Positions 49,733 through 64,000 of a stretch of DNA of 64,000 nucleotides are shown one piece after another. Where the stretch lies: NCBI RefSeq assembly GCF_038025025.1, contig NW_027117349.1, forward strand, positions 868,001 through 932,000, read 5' to 3'. This DNA is from Phyllosticta citribraziliensis (lineage: Eukaryota). The notes below the pieces were generated by a model. The model made no database searches, had not been told where the DNA came from, and worked only from the letters and a program-made list of their open reading frames with translations. Numbering within the stretch: the first letter of the stretch is position 1; the number at the start of each line of letters is the position of its first letter. A program made the position numbers and the translations under genes.

Positions 49733-52414
49733 ATGAACGAGTCTCTATTGTCGCCGGAGGACCCTGGCACTCCGGTTAACCAAGATCGCCCACCATTTCG
49801 CGCAAAGTTACGCGCTCTCCTATCCTTTGTTGGCCATGCATTTAACCCGGCGGTCTCGACTTTTCTGGTCGCCAGTCTCCTCAGTCGCTCGTTGAAAGAA
49901 GGAGTGTCGGAAATCACGGCCGAAATACTGTGCTTTTTCTTGTTGTTTGTCGGGATTGAAATATTTGGTTCGAAACAAGAGCCGGTGAAAAAAGAGGGAA
50001 AGGGGGCAAAGGACGACAATGACTCGTACGAGACGGCTCTCATATCCTTGGGAATATTCACCACCGCCGTGTGTCGATATCTGGCTGATGTTGGCTGGGT
50101 TACTGTATGTATGTCCCCAGATAAAGGGAGTCGTACTGATGGGAATTTCATAGCCTGCATTGACCCCATTCTTGCTAGCTGTTCGACTTTCGCCGCGGAC
50201 TCTCCCTTCTAGCAGTAATGAAGCACAGTCCAACAGCAACAGAATGTTCCGATTCACGTGGCTGCCAACGGGCGTGGCAGTTGTCTCGGTTTGGATTTTG
50301 CATCCCGATATCACGGCTAGCATGGCGGTGGTCTCAGCTGTGGCCTTTTTGGCGCAGCTTTCCGTCTTCGTGTCTCTTGTTCAACTTTCAGAAGACGGCG
50401 TTGATTCTCAGGATTGGCCTCGCGTGTCCAGAGTGCTTCGAAATGTCTCGGCCCAGACTTGTGGCTTTCTCGTTTTCACCTTGATATTCATGTCTGCTTT
50501 TGGGCTGTACCAGGCCTCTGAAAAGCCCGACTTTGCGGAAACGGTTCAGCTCGGATTACTCAAGCTGGCGCAAGTAGCCAGTGCCTGTCATCTGGTCAGT
50601 CCGACGTTCATTTCCCTGTGCTTGTACTGACTGAATAGGCTCTTTCTCACACACCTTGGGAAATTGTCACGACCGGATACACCTTTGCGTACGCGTCATC
50701 CAACCTCTCCGAATTTGCACCTTTCGAAGCGATCCTTCGGACGACAGTGTCCCTGACCGCGTTGACGGAGACTGCATCCCTTGTTCCCAAGACTCTGCAG
50801 CGACGCGTGACTGTCCTTGTTTTTGCGCTGATCCCACTCTACGGGATATTCTCCAGAGGACGCGAGGAGTTTGTCGGTTCACTCTCTGGCGGTCGCCGGG
50901 CTCCTCATCCAATTGCTGTCCTTGCCAACACCGCTTTGGGAGAGTTTGAGTCGATGCTGTCACGACAATCCAGGACCGTTGAAGAAGCCATTACCGAATA
51001 CAAGCGTCGATACGGCAGGAAACCACCGCCAGGATTCGAAGACTGGTTCGATTTCGCCAAATCCAAAAAGTCGTACATCATCGATGATTTCGACGACCTG
51101 ACCAAGAGTTTCGAGCCGTATTGGGAAATTAAGCCGGCCGTCATGCGCTGGAATCTCCTAAAATCAAGCCAAGAGCCATGGATAGGATATATCCAAACGC
51201 AGTTCGGGAACATTACGACAAGTCCCCAGGATTGGGTCATAGTCGGTTTGGGGCTTCTTTTCCAAGAAATTGCGGGAGAGTTGCCGGATTTTGGCGTCAT
51301 TATCAACAAGCTTAACGAACCCCGAATGTTGTTGCCCAAAACAAGATCCAAGTTTCAGACCTCACTCGACCTCGAAAAGATTAACAAGATTCCTGTCAGC
51401 CGAATAAACTGGTTCAATGGCACGGAAAGCCAAAGTCACGAATCATTCGAATACACCACCAAATACTGTCACGGACATCCGACTTGGAAGACTCCGCGCA
51501 AAAGAGTCAAAGACTTTGGTATCCCTTTCGTGCAAGACCTGAGGTGGACGAAGGACGTGTGCGCGCACCCGGAGTACAAGGACAAGCACGGGTTTTTGAA
51601 TGGGCCACAGAATGTGCTCATATCCGAAGACGCTTTCCCCATATTGTCGCAGTCCAAAACTTCCGTTTTTGACGATCTTCTTGTACCGCCCGTCTCCTAT
51701 CGCATTTACGCAAGCAAGGGAAAGTACAAAGAAGAATTGGATCCGCCATGGCAGGACAAGTCTCCAACCATTTATTGGGCAGGATCCACAACCGGCAGCC
51801 ATGCACGCAACCGGACAGACTGGATGAATTCACATCGGCAGCGCTTCATTGCGAAGACGAGACAGATGCACAAGTCTCCGCAGACTTTCTTGACGGAAAG
51901 GCGACCTGGAGTCTGGCAAAAGTACACCAGTGTCGATATGCTCGCGAAGTTGTACGATACGCGATTTACCGACATTGTTCAGTGCGAAGAGGAAGCTTGC
52001 GAGGCTCAAAGATCAATTTTTGACATCAATGAAGGGACGGCCGAGCACGAAGAAAGCTACGGTCATCGTTTTGTGTTCGACTTGGATGGCAACACGCAGT
52101 CGGGTCGGTTTTACACTTTGCTCGAGTCGCGCAGTGCCGTGCTGAAGCAGACGATTTTCCAAGAATGGCACGACGAGCGGCTGTTCCCTTGGGTACATTA
52201 CGTGCCGATCAGCTTGGGGATGGAAGAGCTGCCCGAGGTGATGCGTTTCCTTGCGCTGACGGAGGAGGGAGACCGGATATCTCAGAAGATTGCAATGGCC
52301 TCGGCCGAGTGGAGGAACATGGCGTTGAGGGCGGATGACGAGCTGGTGTATTTGTACAGGCTGATGCTCGAGTACGTCCGGATACTACGAGATGATCGCG
52401 ACGATGTGAAATGA
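49733..52414 (+). CDS. GT90/CAP10-domain glycosyltransferase (xylosyltransferase-like) with a multi-TM N-terminus; start uncertain
   Basis: Motifs EYKRRYGRKPPPGFEDWF, YWAGSTTG, DLDGN-SGRF and EWHDERLFPWVHYVP; two introns. Confidence 0.9.
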
Positions 52415-53039
52415 TTGAGCGGCTAAAGGCCAGGGTTTTGACAGGCGAAAAGTTTTTGGGAAACCGTTGGAGCTGATAGATGCAGGCCTTTCGATTCTTG
52501 GGCCAGGGTTTCGATGATGCTACATTGAAGGCGTAGGAGTGATGTCGTTAGTCCATCAATCCAAGGTCAAAATCTCGATGCTTTTGTGTGGAGAACGTGA
52601 TGTTGATCTGACAAAAGGGACTGGAGTCGGAAGATGGGAAGCAAAGGTGCCGCTGGTCGTGACGGAATTAGGCTGTGAAGACGGCGGATATTCGGTCTTT
52701 TGCTCCGTACGTCACCGACATGGACGGCATAAACATTCGCGTTCCTTGGTCTTGAGGTAGACCGTCAGTGTCTTTGTGATGCAAGGTCTGGGATCGCCAT
52801 GGCTGTGGAGAGCAAGGAACGGTTCCTAGCAACCTGAGTGTGGGGTGAGAGAAGGCTGTGGAAGCTCCCACCCAGCTCCATGTGCCCTTCCTCACGGCGA
52901 CGTCACTGCCCGTTGACAGCTCCTACAAGTCGACCAACGTCCTCTCCTGCTATACCAGGCAGGTCAAGAGCGCAAAGCTTTCAATCACACCCTCACAACA
53001 ACACGCCTCTCCTACCAACAGCCTGAACAACCTTTCGCC

Positions 53040-53669
53040 ATGTCCTCGGAATCTCTTGCAGCTCTGCGCAAGCATGCGGGCGACGAGCTCGCGGAGCTTG
53101 CGGAGCAACACATGAAGCACGACCTCAACGAGAACGACCGCGAAGTCCTCAAAAGTGCTGCTAGCAAATTCGGCTTCCACACCACATTGGGATCTCTCAT
53201 TGGACTGGGAGTCGGTCTCTTCTTGGCCATACGGGTTCGGAACGCGCGGACAGCTACTTTGAATGCTCTCCGGGCGGTTGAGAAGCCGACCCACGTCCAG
53301 TTTGCAGATGGACGGCTTGGTAAGAATCTTGACGAAGCTCAAGTACAAGGACCTAGTTGACGCGTAATAGAACCGCTTCCCGACATCAATTCTGTGCTGA
53401 AGCCTTCAGCGCTCGGCGATACCGCAACATACCTTCTGTTTTCTGCTGGCGGCCTGTTCCTTGGTGGCGAGTTGGGCATGCTTACCGGCACTGCTTCCGC
53501 GCGTAGATCGATCCAACAAGACCCCGAATCCATGAAACGCATCACCACCGCCTTTCGCAAGTTCAGAGCTGATGCTTTGAGGAAAGAGGCCCAGTGGTTG
53601 GACAGCGAAAACTCGGCCAACACGGATATTCTGAGCAAGGCTAAGGAATTGGTGCATTTCAAGGAGTAG
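53040..53669 (+). CDS. Hypothetical fungal membrane protein (two TM segments)
   Basis: Two exons join in frame, with two Gly-rich hydrophobic segments. Confidence 0.8.
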
Positions 53670-54424
53670 TACTTTCGGTACTTTCGTTTCTTTCGACTAG
53701 CAGGCCGTGCTGCACCCAATGTGCTGCAGTTCAACGCAACGACTACAAAGAAAGGCGTCATTTGTTGCCACCCAGGGAGCTGCTGTTGAACACGACGGCT
53801 GCACTCCGGGAGCACCCGTTCGACGCTGGTGCAGATTGCAGGGAACTGCCGTTTCTTCCCCGATACCTCTGTCTTGATGAGGGTGGGTCTCTTTGGACTC
53901 TCGTCGACTTTTTTCATTTCTCAAGTGAGCCACGTAGGACATGGCGTTTCTGGTCTTCATTTTCCTCTTCATTGCATATGCTCAGATCTCCTACAGTCTC
54001 AATACCACCTTTCAACTGGAATCCCTTGAATCAAGTCATTCTCATGTCGTGATAAGAGTCCGAACATCCATGCCGCACTGAATGCGAACCAATTGAAAGT
54101 GGAAGATGACCTCATTGGATCGGCTATTGATCGGGACGGGACCCTTCCCTTACCGGCGTGCTGCCGGTGCCGAGTATCAGCCGGCCGCTATCACGCTATC
54201 TCCCTCGATGAAGCCCAACTCGCCAACCATGGCATTGCTTTCAAGCAGGGAATGTTGAAACGCTGCTTGTGGTCCACGGGAACACGAATCAAAACATTCG
54301 CTGTTGCAGATCGGCAAGCCGTGTGGTCCACTCTTTCACTGAAGTTGGCCTTGTGCTTCCACTCTTTAAATTCAAGCATGGCCACCACTGCTAGGTCAGG
54401 CACCTGTCGCCATCTTTTGCCGCC

Positions 54425-55506
54425 ATGACTACTTTGACAGAAACAACAGTCAAGAGCGCTCAAGAGCCGGATGTGGCGTGAGTGATGTCAAATTTCTGCC
54501 ACACTTCATGGCTAATAATTTTGTCAGCACCATCAAAGCTACGGCTGTTGGCGATTGGCGTGATGACCTCGACCGCAATGGCTACGCTATCATTAAAGGC
54601 GCCATTCCCGAGGAGCGTGCCGTAAACTACCAAAAGAAAGCCTTTGAATGGCTTTCGAGCTTTGGCACGGATTTTTCCATCAACGACCCAAGCACTTGGA
54701 CAAACGCCAACCTGCCCGTCCAAAGCAAAATCAACATCTTCACTGCCTACTGCGTTTCGCACGAAAAGTTCATGTGGGATGCGCGCCTCGAGCCAGGCGT
54801 TGTCGACGCCTTTACCAAGCTCTGGGGCACAGACGAGTTGCTCGTGTCGTTCGACGCGCCCAACATTACACTGCCAAACCGCGCCGACAAGCCCAGAAAC
54901 GGCGCATGGCCGCACGTCGACCAGTCGCCTTATCGGCGAGGCCGCGCCTGCGTGCAAGGCATCATCAACTTGTCGCACTCGGGGCCGTCTGACGGTTCAC
55001 TGATTGTCTACCCGGGTAGCCACCGGCTGACGGAAGAATTCTTCAACACACAAGTATCACAGGCAGACTGGTCGCGGCGCGACCTGTACCTCTTCAGTGA
55101 AGCAGAGCTGGCCTGGTTCGAAGCGCGCGGTGCCAAACCACACAAGATTTGCGCCGAGCCTGGCGACCTGTTGGTTTGGGACAGCCGCACCGTTCATTGG
55201 GGCGCGGAGCCCGAACCAGAGTTTGACACTATCCGCACCGTCGTCTACGCCAGCTATGCGCCCGCGGCGTGGGCGAGCGAGGAGGCGTTGCGCGAAAAGG
55301 CAAAGATTTGGCGTCATTGGGGCGGCACAACGCACTGGCCTCATGACAACGTCGTCTTTAGGGACACGCGAGCGCGCCTTCCGGACGGGTCGTTAGATCC
55401 TCGGAATCGGAGTGAGCCGAGGGAGAAGCCGGACATTACTGACCGGTTGTTGAAGTTGGCGGGCGCCCGTAGGTATGACGGGCGTGAGGTAGAGCCTTCT
55501 GAGTAG
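54425..55506 (+). CDS. PhyH-family Fe(II)/2-oxoglutarate dioxygenase
   Basis: HxD motif WPHVDQ and GDLLVWDSRTVH; intron 54478-54527. Confidence 0.9.
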
Positions 55507-55904
55507 GATGGAATGGCCTCTCGGTTTACATGTGTTCCGGGTCCGAATGGGGATGATGTGATTTGGTCGCATAGAGGAACACCGCTGCAATCTGTGCTCA
55601 AAGACCCGTCTGGACTCGTGCTTACAGGCACATTCGCTTGATTTTGTTTGTCACCGCATACCAAACGCTGTGAAAGGGAGCAACATTTTATGTCAGCTTC
55701 GAAACCCCTCCTGTCACAATATCGCTGTCTACAAGGATTTCCCGCCTTTGGGGCTTATCGTGAGAAATCCAATGGGCCGGACGCCTGCGGACATCATGAA
55801 ATCGAGCAACTGTTTCCATTCATGGTATCTGATAATCCAGTTCCCTTCTACACTTCTACCAAAATCCCAATGCCATCATAATGTAGTCATACGGATCAGA
55901 CCGT

Positions 55905-56549
<645 letters not shown>

Positions 56550-56836
56550 CTAGCGCGTGCCGTGGTCCCAGGTCGAGCAGATGGACCTTTGATGACGCAA
56601 CCCTACGCCGGTCTTGGCATAGTGTCCGCAGCCTCAAGCCCTGGTCCAACCGTTGCTGTTTGCGACTGGATGTACTCTTGAACACCTTTGCCTCTACTCT
56701 GCGCCCGCTGCTCCATCGACTGCGAATCCCCACTCTCGACGCCGACCTGCTACACGAAGCGATGCCTGCGCGACCGCTGCGCTAGACCTGTCCTCGAATC
56801 TCCTCCGCCTCCCTTTCCACGTCATCCGCTTCCACA

Positions 56837-59111
56837 ATGGCGAGCTCGATTCCAATCACCATAACGGCTCAAAGAGCTTCCTCGTCGGCCGGCTCGAACG
56901 CCTTTTTCGTCGTTTCGCTGTCCATCATCTGCCTACTCGTCCTGCTGCTACTCCGCTACTACCTCCCGCTCCGCAAGACCCCCGCATACCTGCTTGTCCC
57001 CGTGTTCCTGGCTCTTGCGATCCCCGCCAGCATTATTCTGCTTGTCCCGATCGACCTTGGAAGTGTGAGGGGAGTGAATGGAGAAGATGAGGGTGGCAGA
57101 GGCGTCTGGCTTCCTGGGAGAGCTCTGTTGGTTTGCTGGCGCATTGGATACTGGTTGACGTTTGGCTTGACATGGTACGTTAGGATATTTCTGCGCCATG
57201 ATGTCGGGGCTAACATTTGATAGGGCGATTCTTCCTCTGCTAGGCGACTATAGCGACGCTGGATACCTCTCTCCCAGATCGCGCTTCCTCTATTCCCTCC
57301 GTTCGAATGGCCAATACTGGGCCATCGTCCTTGGCTCCGGCCTTCTCGTCGCCATCTACTTCTTTTCCTCTCGAGGCTTCCACTTTACAACCTTCAAGAG
57401 CTTGGTCATGGCTTTGGCGTATGCGTGGGGTCTTATTCTGGCCATTTATTTAATGGGCCACGGCCTCGTGTCTCTTCCGAGACGGCTCTGGAGGACTGCC
57501 AGTATTGCTGAGCGGCTCAAAAGAATCCAAGCTCATGCGCCCAAGGTTCATGAGAAGCTTGAAGATGCCACCGACAAGTTGGCGGATTATGAGCAGCAAG
57601 TAATGCAGCTGAGAAACAAGAGGAATTCTATTCCAAAAGAGTTTCAGGAGTGGATAGAAGAGCTAGTGGATAGCGCATCTTTGCTCGAGGCTCAACCTTC
57701 GACCCGGACCAGCACCCGCACCAACATCCCGGCGGTCATTACCGAAAAGTTCCTGGCAGACTTGACTCGACGCCTCAAGCGCGCACGTCATGCCAAACTC
57801 CGGTTTGAAGATGAATGGGCTCGTCTAGTATCTGACGCCGTTTTTACACAAGCCATCTTGGACGCGTCAACGAATAAAAGGCTTGAGTCCACCGCTGGTA
57901 CCGCCTTTCACCGCGCAAATTTCTGGAGTCGCCTCGGCCGCCGCATCCTCAATCCACGTTTGAGGTACCATCTCCATGCTCACGTCATTCCCGCCTTCTA
58001 CTACGCTTCGGCCACCTTTTTCGGCCTCGCCTCTGTAGCCGTTGTCTGGTCTGAAGTTACCAAATCCCTTTCCACCAAGGTCAACATCATCAGCCGCACT
58101 ATAGTCCACCATCCTTCTTCCACAAACGGAAAGATTGGCTTTGCAGGACAGTGCATTGCTGCTCTTTGGCTCTGCTACATGGTCCTCTCGGCCCTCTACT
58201 CCATCACAGAAGTCAAGATTTGGGGCAACCGGGCACTCGTCCGCCGTCAAACGTATTCTGAGAGTGCATGCTGGTACGCATGCCAAGTGGCCAAGCTCAC
58301 TGTTCCCCTGGCTTACAACTTTGTCACCTTCTTTGACAAGGAGATCGCTCAGGAGACTGTCTTTTACACCTTCCTCGGCTCCCTCATCAACTTGACTCCA
58401 CTGGGCGCCGGATTCTCCAAGTTCTTCCCGGCCCTCATTCTCATCCCCGTCGCTGCGGCGCTCTTTGGCCTTTACGGCAAAGCCAAACGCATCATCGGAC
58501 TTGGAGAATACATGGAAATCGGCGACGAGGATGACAACGATGCCGACAACTCCTTTTCCGGCTGGCGCGAAGGCCGCTCTCTCATCGACCGTGAACTGCA
58601 CGGCAACGGGCTCTTGCCTGCTTCCACGCTGGGCGTGGGACTGCGCAACTCGTCGCCGCGCAACAGCTCGTTGAACTCTTCGCCGTCGGAGACTCCATCC
58701 CGCGCCCTCTCGCGGTCTCCCGTCAACCACATCGCGGCATCGACCCCAGCATCCTCCGCGCCTGCGCCGTGGCAGTCTCGCTCGTCGCTAACCCCCGCCG
58801 CGGCAGCCAGTTCCCGCCCTGCTGCACCCACCACCACTCGGGCAGCGGAGCGCCACGCCGCGCCGCCACCGCCTCGCTACAACGACGACGAAGGCGACGA
58901 CGGCGAGACCAACTGGTTCGGCGACTTTACGCACCGCGTCAAGAACACGCTCGACACGACCGACTTTGGCGTGCCCAAGTGGATGAAGATTGACGGCCGC
59001 GACGAGGACGGCGAGAATGCGCTAACTCGCCTCTTTGGCGGTAACAGGAGCGGTGGTGGCGGGGGAGCATCTGGGGCAAGAGGCGGTGGAGGGGGTGTGC
59101 GTTTGTTGTAG
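56837..59111 (+). CDS. LMBR1-like (LMBRD2-type) membrane protein
   Basis: LVPIDL, WRIGYWLTFGLTW-AILPLLGDYSDAG and GHGLVSLPRRLW; many TM segments; one intron. Confidence 0.9.
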
Positions 59112-60353
59112 GGAGGGTTGTTAATGGTTTGATTGCGTTGTTGGGTTTTGGCGTCCGCATGGCGTGGGGTTTCGACAGTAGGGTGGAATCGTGCGGCATT
59201 GTATTTTAGATATCGCGAAGGGACGGGGCGGGCATCGGCGTTGGATTGAATACCTTAGGACAGTTGCAACTATTATCAATTTGCACCCAGATGTGGATCA
59301 GGCTTTATGTGAAGGTTAACCATGCAACTTTGCTATTTGCTAGCTCGTGAGTGCTTTGAGTGCTCCCTCCTTCCTGTCTCTTGAAGGACGTGGACAGTTG
59401 GACTGGTTACGCACTCGTTGGAAGCATGGTATGAGATGATATGGCCGTTCGACGAGCGCCGGACTGTTTTATGGTTTGTGGTTTTTTCTTTTCTTCTTTA
59501 CTTTGCTTTGGTTTGCTTTTTGCCTTTATTTTTCCTTGCCGCTGCCACCGATGTAACAAAGTACAAAGAACATGTCGGCAGATGGGAGTGTCAAATCTCT
59601 TGGGGCTTGGAGTCTGTGGGGGGAGGCGAGTGGCTTGAGGAGTATCCGTCCTGCCTGCTGTTCAACCTCGACGAGTCCGTGTCGTCACTCTTCCATAATC
59701 AAAACGCCAACCAACCAGACTTCTAGACCAGGAGAGCGGGCAGCTTGGTTGAGTGTGAGAAATGCGTAGATGCTGCACCAGATATCTTGGGAATTGGAGG
59801 ATGGTTGGCTTTCGACAAGTGCCAAACAACATGTTAGCGTCATTGTAGCCTAGTTGAGTAAAGATTCTGTTGAAATCAGGATGATGTTGCTGCAGTCGGT
59901 GGGATAGGCTACATATCTTTATGCCCGAAGTTTTCGAATAGCCAGCTCTTGAAAGCCGGAATGATATCCCTATACCGTCCCTGTGCCTTCGGTCTTGATC
60001 GTGTCCGATTCTGAAAAGGGAGGTCAAGAACGCATCGAACATCCTACGCAGGCGCGTCAATACGTCAATGGCTCCAATTGACTGTTCACAAACCAAATCA
60101 ACTCCGATTATATTCAAATCATCAAAAGGGGAATCCATTGATACGCAAGACTATTCCACACATGTCGCCCCACCACTTATCAGCCCTTGCCCGTATCGTC
60201 TCTGATTGTACTGCGTCTGGATCGTGAGAGTTTGCCGCCCGCTTTACACACCTACCTACCCATTGACCAACCAATTCATCAGCCAGACAACGACAACAAG
60301 ACCGCCCGTTGCTCCTGGTCTCATGACAAGAATTATTCCCAACCGCAAACCAA

Positions 60354-61286
60354 CTAGCACGCGCAGCCCTCCTTTGGCTGCGCATCCCGCTGGCTGGCCA
60401 GATTTACCCTCGCGCTGTCTTCCTGCCTTCCCAGGTTTGTCTGGCCGCCAACGCCGCGGGGGCCCTTTAGGCTGGTCTCTGGGATGGCATTGGCAATGGC
60501 GGTGAAGACTTCGGTGACGTTTTGGCCCGTCTTGGCCGACGTCTCAAAGAAGAGCAGGCCCTCCTCGTCTGCGTAGGCCTTGGCCGTCTTGGTGGCGACC
60601 TTGCGGGCGCCGGCGTTGTCGTCGTCGTCGTCTTCTGCTGCCGCGGCATGCTCGGCCGGTGCGGCGGCAGTCGACTCGCCGCCCTCCTCGGACTCGCCCT
60701 CGGGGGTTTCGCTCGCGGCGGGCTCCTGCGATGCCGGGGCTGCGTCTTCCTCCTCGACGCCGTCCTCGACGAGGTCGGCCTTGTTGCCCACGAGCGCAAT
60801 GACGATGCCCGGGCTGGCCTGGCGCTGCAGCTCAGCGACCCAGTGCTGGGCCTTTGTGAGGGACGAGGCCTTGGTGATGTCGTAGACGACGAGAGCGGCT
60901 TGTGCGTTGCGGTAGTACATGGGGGCGAGGCTGGCGAAGCGCTCCTGCCCGGCAGTGTCCCAGATTTCAAACTTGATGGTTCGCGTGGGGAGGTTGCATT
61001 TTTGGGTGAGGAAGGCAGCTGGGATCGGGGTCAGAAGGATTGAGCTGAGCGGGAGAGGATTGGCTAGACGCACCTCCTATCGTGGGCTCCTTGTTCTCCT
61101 GAAAGTCGTTGTTCACAAAGCGCATAACCAGGGATGACTGGCTCCCCGTTAGCATGTCCTCATTCGGCGTTGGAATCCGGCGGGGCGGTCGGGCTGGCGT
61201 ACTTTTCCGACGGCAGCTTCGCCGAGCAGCACGAGCTTGACGCTGCTGCTGGGCTTGGGGGCGGCAGCGGCTCCAGAATCGGACAT
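60354..61286 (-). CDS. VPS21: Rab5-family GTPase (Vps21/Ypt51 type)
   Basis: Motifs GEAAVGKS, PTIGAAF, WDTAGQE, GNKAD, ETSAK and C-terminal CAC; three exons. Confidence 0.94.
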
Positions 61287-63106
61287 GATTGATGTGTGTC
61301 GACGTGGGCGGAAAGTGTGGGCGTGGGCGGGATGGTTGCGGCCTTGACGCGCGCTCAGCACAGGCGGTCAACGGAAAGTCAGGTCAGCACGGGGCCGGGG
61401 ATCAGCGGAGCGGTGGTTCGGAAGGATGGTAGGATAGGTTCACGTAATGCGTGTCGCACCACTTGATGCGGACGTGGCGAGGGACGAGAGAGTTGGGGAG
61501 GAAGGATTGGGGATGCTTGATAGAGGTCGGGATGGAGCTTGGCGACGATGGCGATGGCGGGAGAGGAGGAGCAGTCACGTGATTGGGCGGCAGAATGCCC
61601 CGGGTGCCGTCCAGGTGCCGTGGCTGCGGTGCGTGGCTGGTGGTGGCTGTGGCTGAGGTGGGTGTGGCAGTGGCGGTGAGGGCCGGAGGACGGACGTGGA
61701 GGAGAGAGGAGGCAGCCAGACAGGCACAGGCACAGGCACAGGCACAGGGAGTCGACCGGAGGCAGTCAGGCATCCGTCGCTGCTTGCATCTGATGGTCTG
61801 CATTCTTTGGTGTCGCAGCCAACCTAGACATCATCGACAGATCAGCGCATTAAGGTTTGCAAGCACGCGCGGCTCGATCCTGATCCTTGGGTTCCGTCTG
61901 CATGTTTGGAGGAGAATAATTTTTTTGTCGAGCCAGAAGAGCCACAGATCGCGATTTTGGCCTGTCGCGGATTGCTTTTGTTTTGATGGCACAACAGGCA
62001 CGAGGGCTGGGCTGGGCTGGGTTCCCCGGCTCAATGCAGCCGCGCCTCGCGCACCAATTCTCGCGAGGGGGCCAGCAATGATTTTGTCCGTGGCAAGCAG
62101 CGCTTATGCAGCGTCGGTACTGTACCTGCGCGCTGTCCTCTTTCAATTTTTATTAGTCCTGCTCACAGCTCACATTGCCGGCGGCGATCGAAAGGCCGGG
62201 CGGCACTACGTCAAGTTTCCCCACAGTGTGCGGGGGGGGGGCCTGGACAGCTGCCAACCCAAAGCCGGGCGCGACCTGACGAGGACTTGAGAGAGAGCGA
62301 GCAGAGAGGGCACAGCACAGTCCACCGGTTCATTGCAGCCGTCCGCGTCCGCGACCGCGACCGCGACCGTGGGCCATATCTTCAATCTATTAGTTACCAT
62401 CGGTAGGTAGACTGCGTTGCGCTGCATCCAGATAGGCAGGGGTCGGGGGTGATCTGGGCGCGTGCCGCCGCCAGAGAGAGGCGAGAGGGACGGCTGCGCC
62501 GTACGGTGCCGTATTCATGCTCTCCCTCAGTTGTATGTATGTAGCCAGGAACGCGAGGCCCTCGCCAACAAAGAAAGTCACAGAAATAACCAAATGCACT
62601 TGATTGTCAGTGCAACGTGCGGCATTCCTGGGCTGAGGCTTGCTTTGACTGCAGGCCGGCCTCAGCGCCATCCGATGGCATCGCGAATAGCAATGGCGCT
62701 ATGCCCATCAGCCATGTCCATGGCTTGGCTGGTCACGCTGGCGCCGCCCGTCAGTCCACCTGATTCATCACCTCTCCCAGGCGCCTGGCCGTACACCTCC
62801 ACTCCCGCATCCAGCCCTCGCCAGAAACACGACCTGTCCTGTCCTGTCCACATCTTTTTGTTTGCTTGCTCTTGCTCCGTCTCCGCTCCGCCTTCCCTGT
62901 CACTTGAACGCTGCGCATTCCCGAATCACCTGCGCGGCACGGCCACTGTGCGGGGACGCTTCACTGTATCATCTCCATAATTTTTGGCCCGCCCTCAGTC
63001 CGACGCATCGCTCCCTATCTCCTGGATCTCGACAACCTTACTCTCACCATCCCTCGACTCTCCCCTTTCCCTCCCTTCTCCTCCCTCAACCTTCTCATCT
63101 CTCACC

Positions 63107-64000
63107 ATGACGGCCACAAGGGTATGTTTGCCCATCTCCCGCCCGCCCCCCCCATCTTCACCCTGTCGCTAACCCTGAAACCCCCCCAGGAAATATCGCG
63201 CTCGGCCAACTCGCACCGATCTTCGATGGCCACTGTAGCCTCAAGTTTACCTTCCCGTCATTCGCACTCCAGAACTTCCAGCTCTCTGTCTTCCTCGCTC
63301 AACCCCACCCACCGCGTCTCGCGTCGGAAAAGTGTCTCCACCGCTGCTGCCAGCAACGTCGCCGCCATGGCCGCTGCCGTCGAGTCGTCCTCGGCCCCTC
63401 GGAGAACGAACAAGTCTACCCTGACCCCTCGCGGCCCGCAAGGCTTTAGCCACGCTCCTAGCAGCGTTCCAAGTGGTGGTTCAGGCTTCATGGGTCCCGC
63501 CAGCCACGCCAAGGGCAGTGCCGTTGCTGACGGGCCCCCACTCATCTCGCTCGACGACAGGAACAACAAATCCCGAACAAGACGAGCCAGTGAGGGTTCG
63601 CGCGCCAAGGAGGGGGGCAAGCGTGCAAGTGGTAGCGAACTTCGCTGTGAAAAATGTGGTAAAGGGTACAAGCACAGCAGCTGTCTCACCAAGCATCTGT
63701 CAGTATTAACCCTCGTCCGCATACCTTCACACGCCGGAGTTTGAATGCCCTTACGAGGACCCGACCGCTCTCGATTGAAATCACTCGTTGACGCATCACA
63801 GATGGGAGCACACGCCCGAATGGGCCATTACCTCGAAGCTGCTCATCTCGAAACATCAGCAGGTGCAATTGCTCGAGGCCGCCTCGGTCCTGGTCAACAT
63901 GAACCACGAGGCCCAGGCCGAGTCGGTCAAGGCGAGCGAGAGCGACCAGTCGTCGGCCTCGCCCGATGGTTCGTCCTCCGACTATCGCGATGGCATGAGC
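63107..64000 (+). CDS. C2H2 zinc-finger protein, truncated by the window edge
   Basis: CEKCGKGYKHSSCLTKHL-WEH followed by SKHQQVQLLEAASVL; introns 63122-63189 and about 63699-63801. Confidence 0.9.

Noticed and set aside
57867..58730. 287-aa minus-strand ORF; similarly 42610-43353, 46521-47246 and 18551-19213
   Set aside because: Each is antisense to a well-supported gene and is explained by GC-rich codon bias.
59662..60138. 158-aa ORF between the LMBR1-like and Rab genes
   Set aside because: No recognisable domain; probably 3' UTR or intergenic sequence.
60610..60770. Long acidic insertion in the Rab5 GTPase
   Set aside because: To my knowledge such G4-G5 loop insertions are common in fungal Vps21/Ypt52 proteins.

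Overview
This is eukaryotic DNA from a filamentous ascomycete: short GT-AG introns with CTRAC/CTAAT branch points and microsatellite-rich intergenic DNA. A Dothideomycete origin is my inference only. The left edge holds the 5' half of a reducing iterative PKS (KS-AT-DH), transcribed divergently from an FSH1/LovG-type serine hydrolase that ends in a PTS1-like ARL. Next come a small secreted-peptide ORF with an in-frame stop, a 2-hydroxyacid dehydrogenase/DHDPS-family aldolase pair, a QIP-like DEDDh exonuclease fused to an RRM, and an ING-PHD protein. A dense housekeeping stretch follows: Pal1, Med31/Soh1, Rpc11, ankyrin protein, SF3b5, a Rad51 paralog, NDUFS5, intradiol dioxygenase, TPP decarboxylase, GH47, GT90, PhyH, glutaredoxin, LMBR1-like protein, Rab5/Vps21 and a C2H2 protein. 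Gene models were spliced by hand and product calls rest on recognised motifs, with no database searches. The most notable leads are the QIP-RRM fusion, the PKS/hydrolase pair, an orphan membrane protein whose duplicated motif differs almost only at synonymous sites, and several non-canonical expression signals. I recognised no rRNA, tRNA, CRISPR array or intact transposon.
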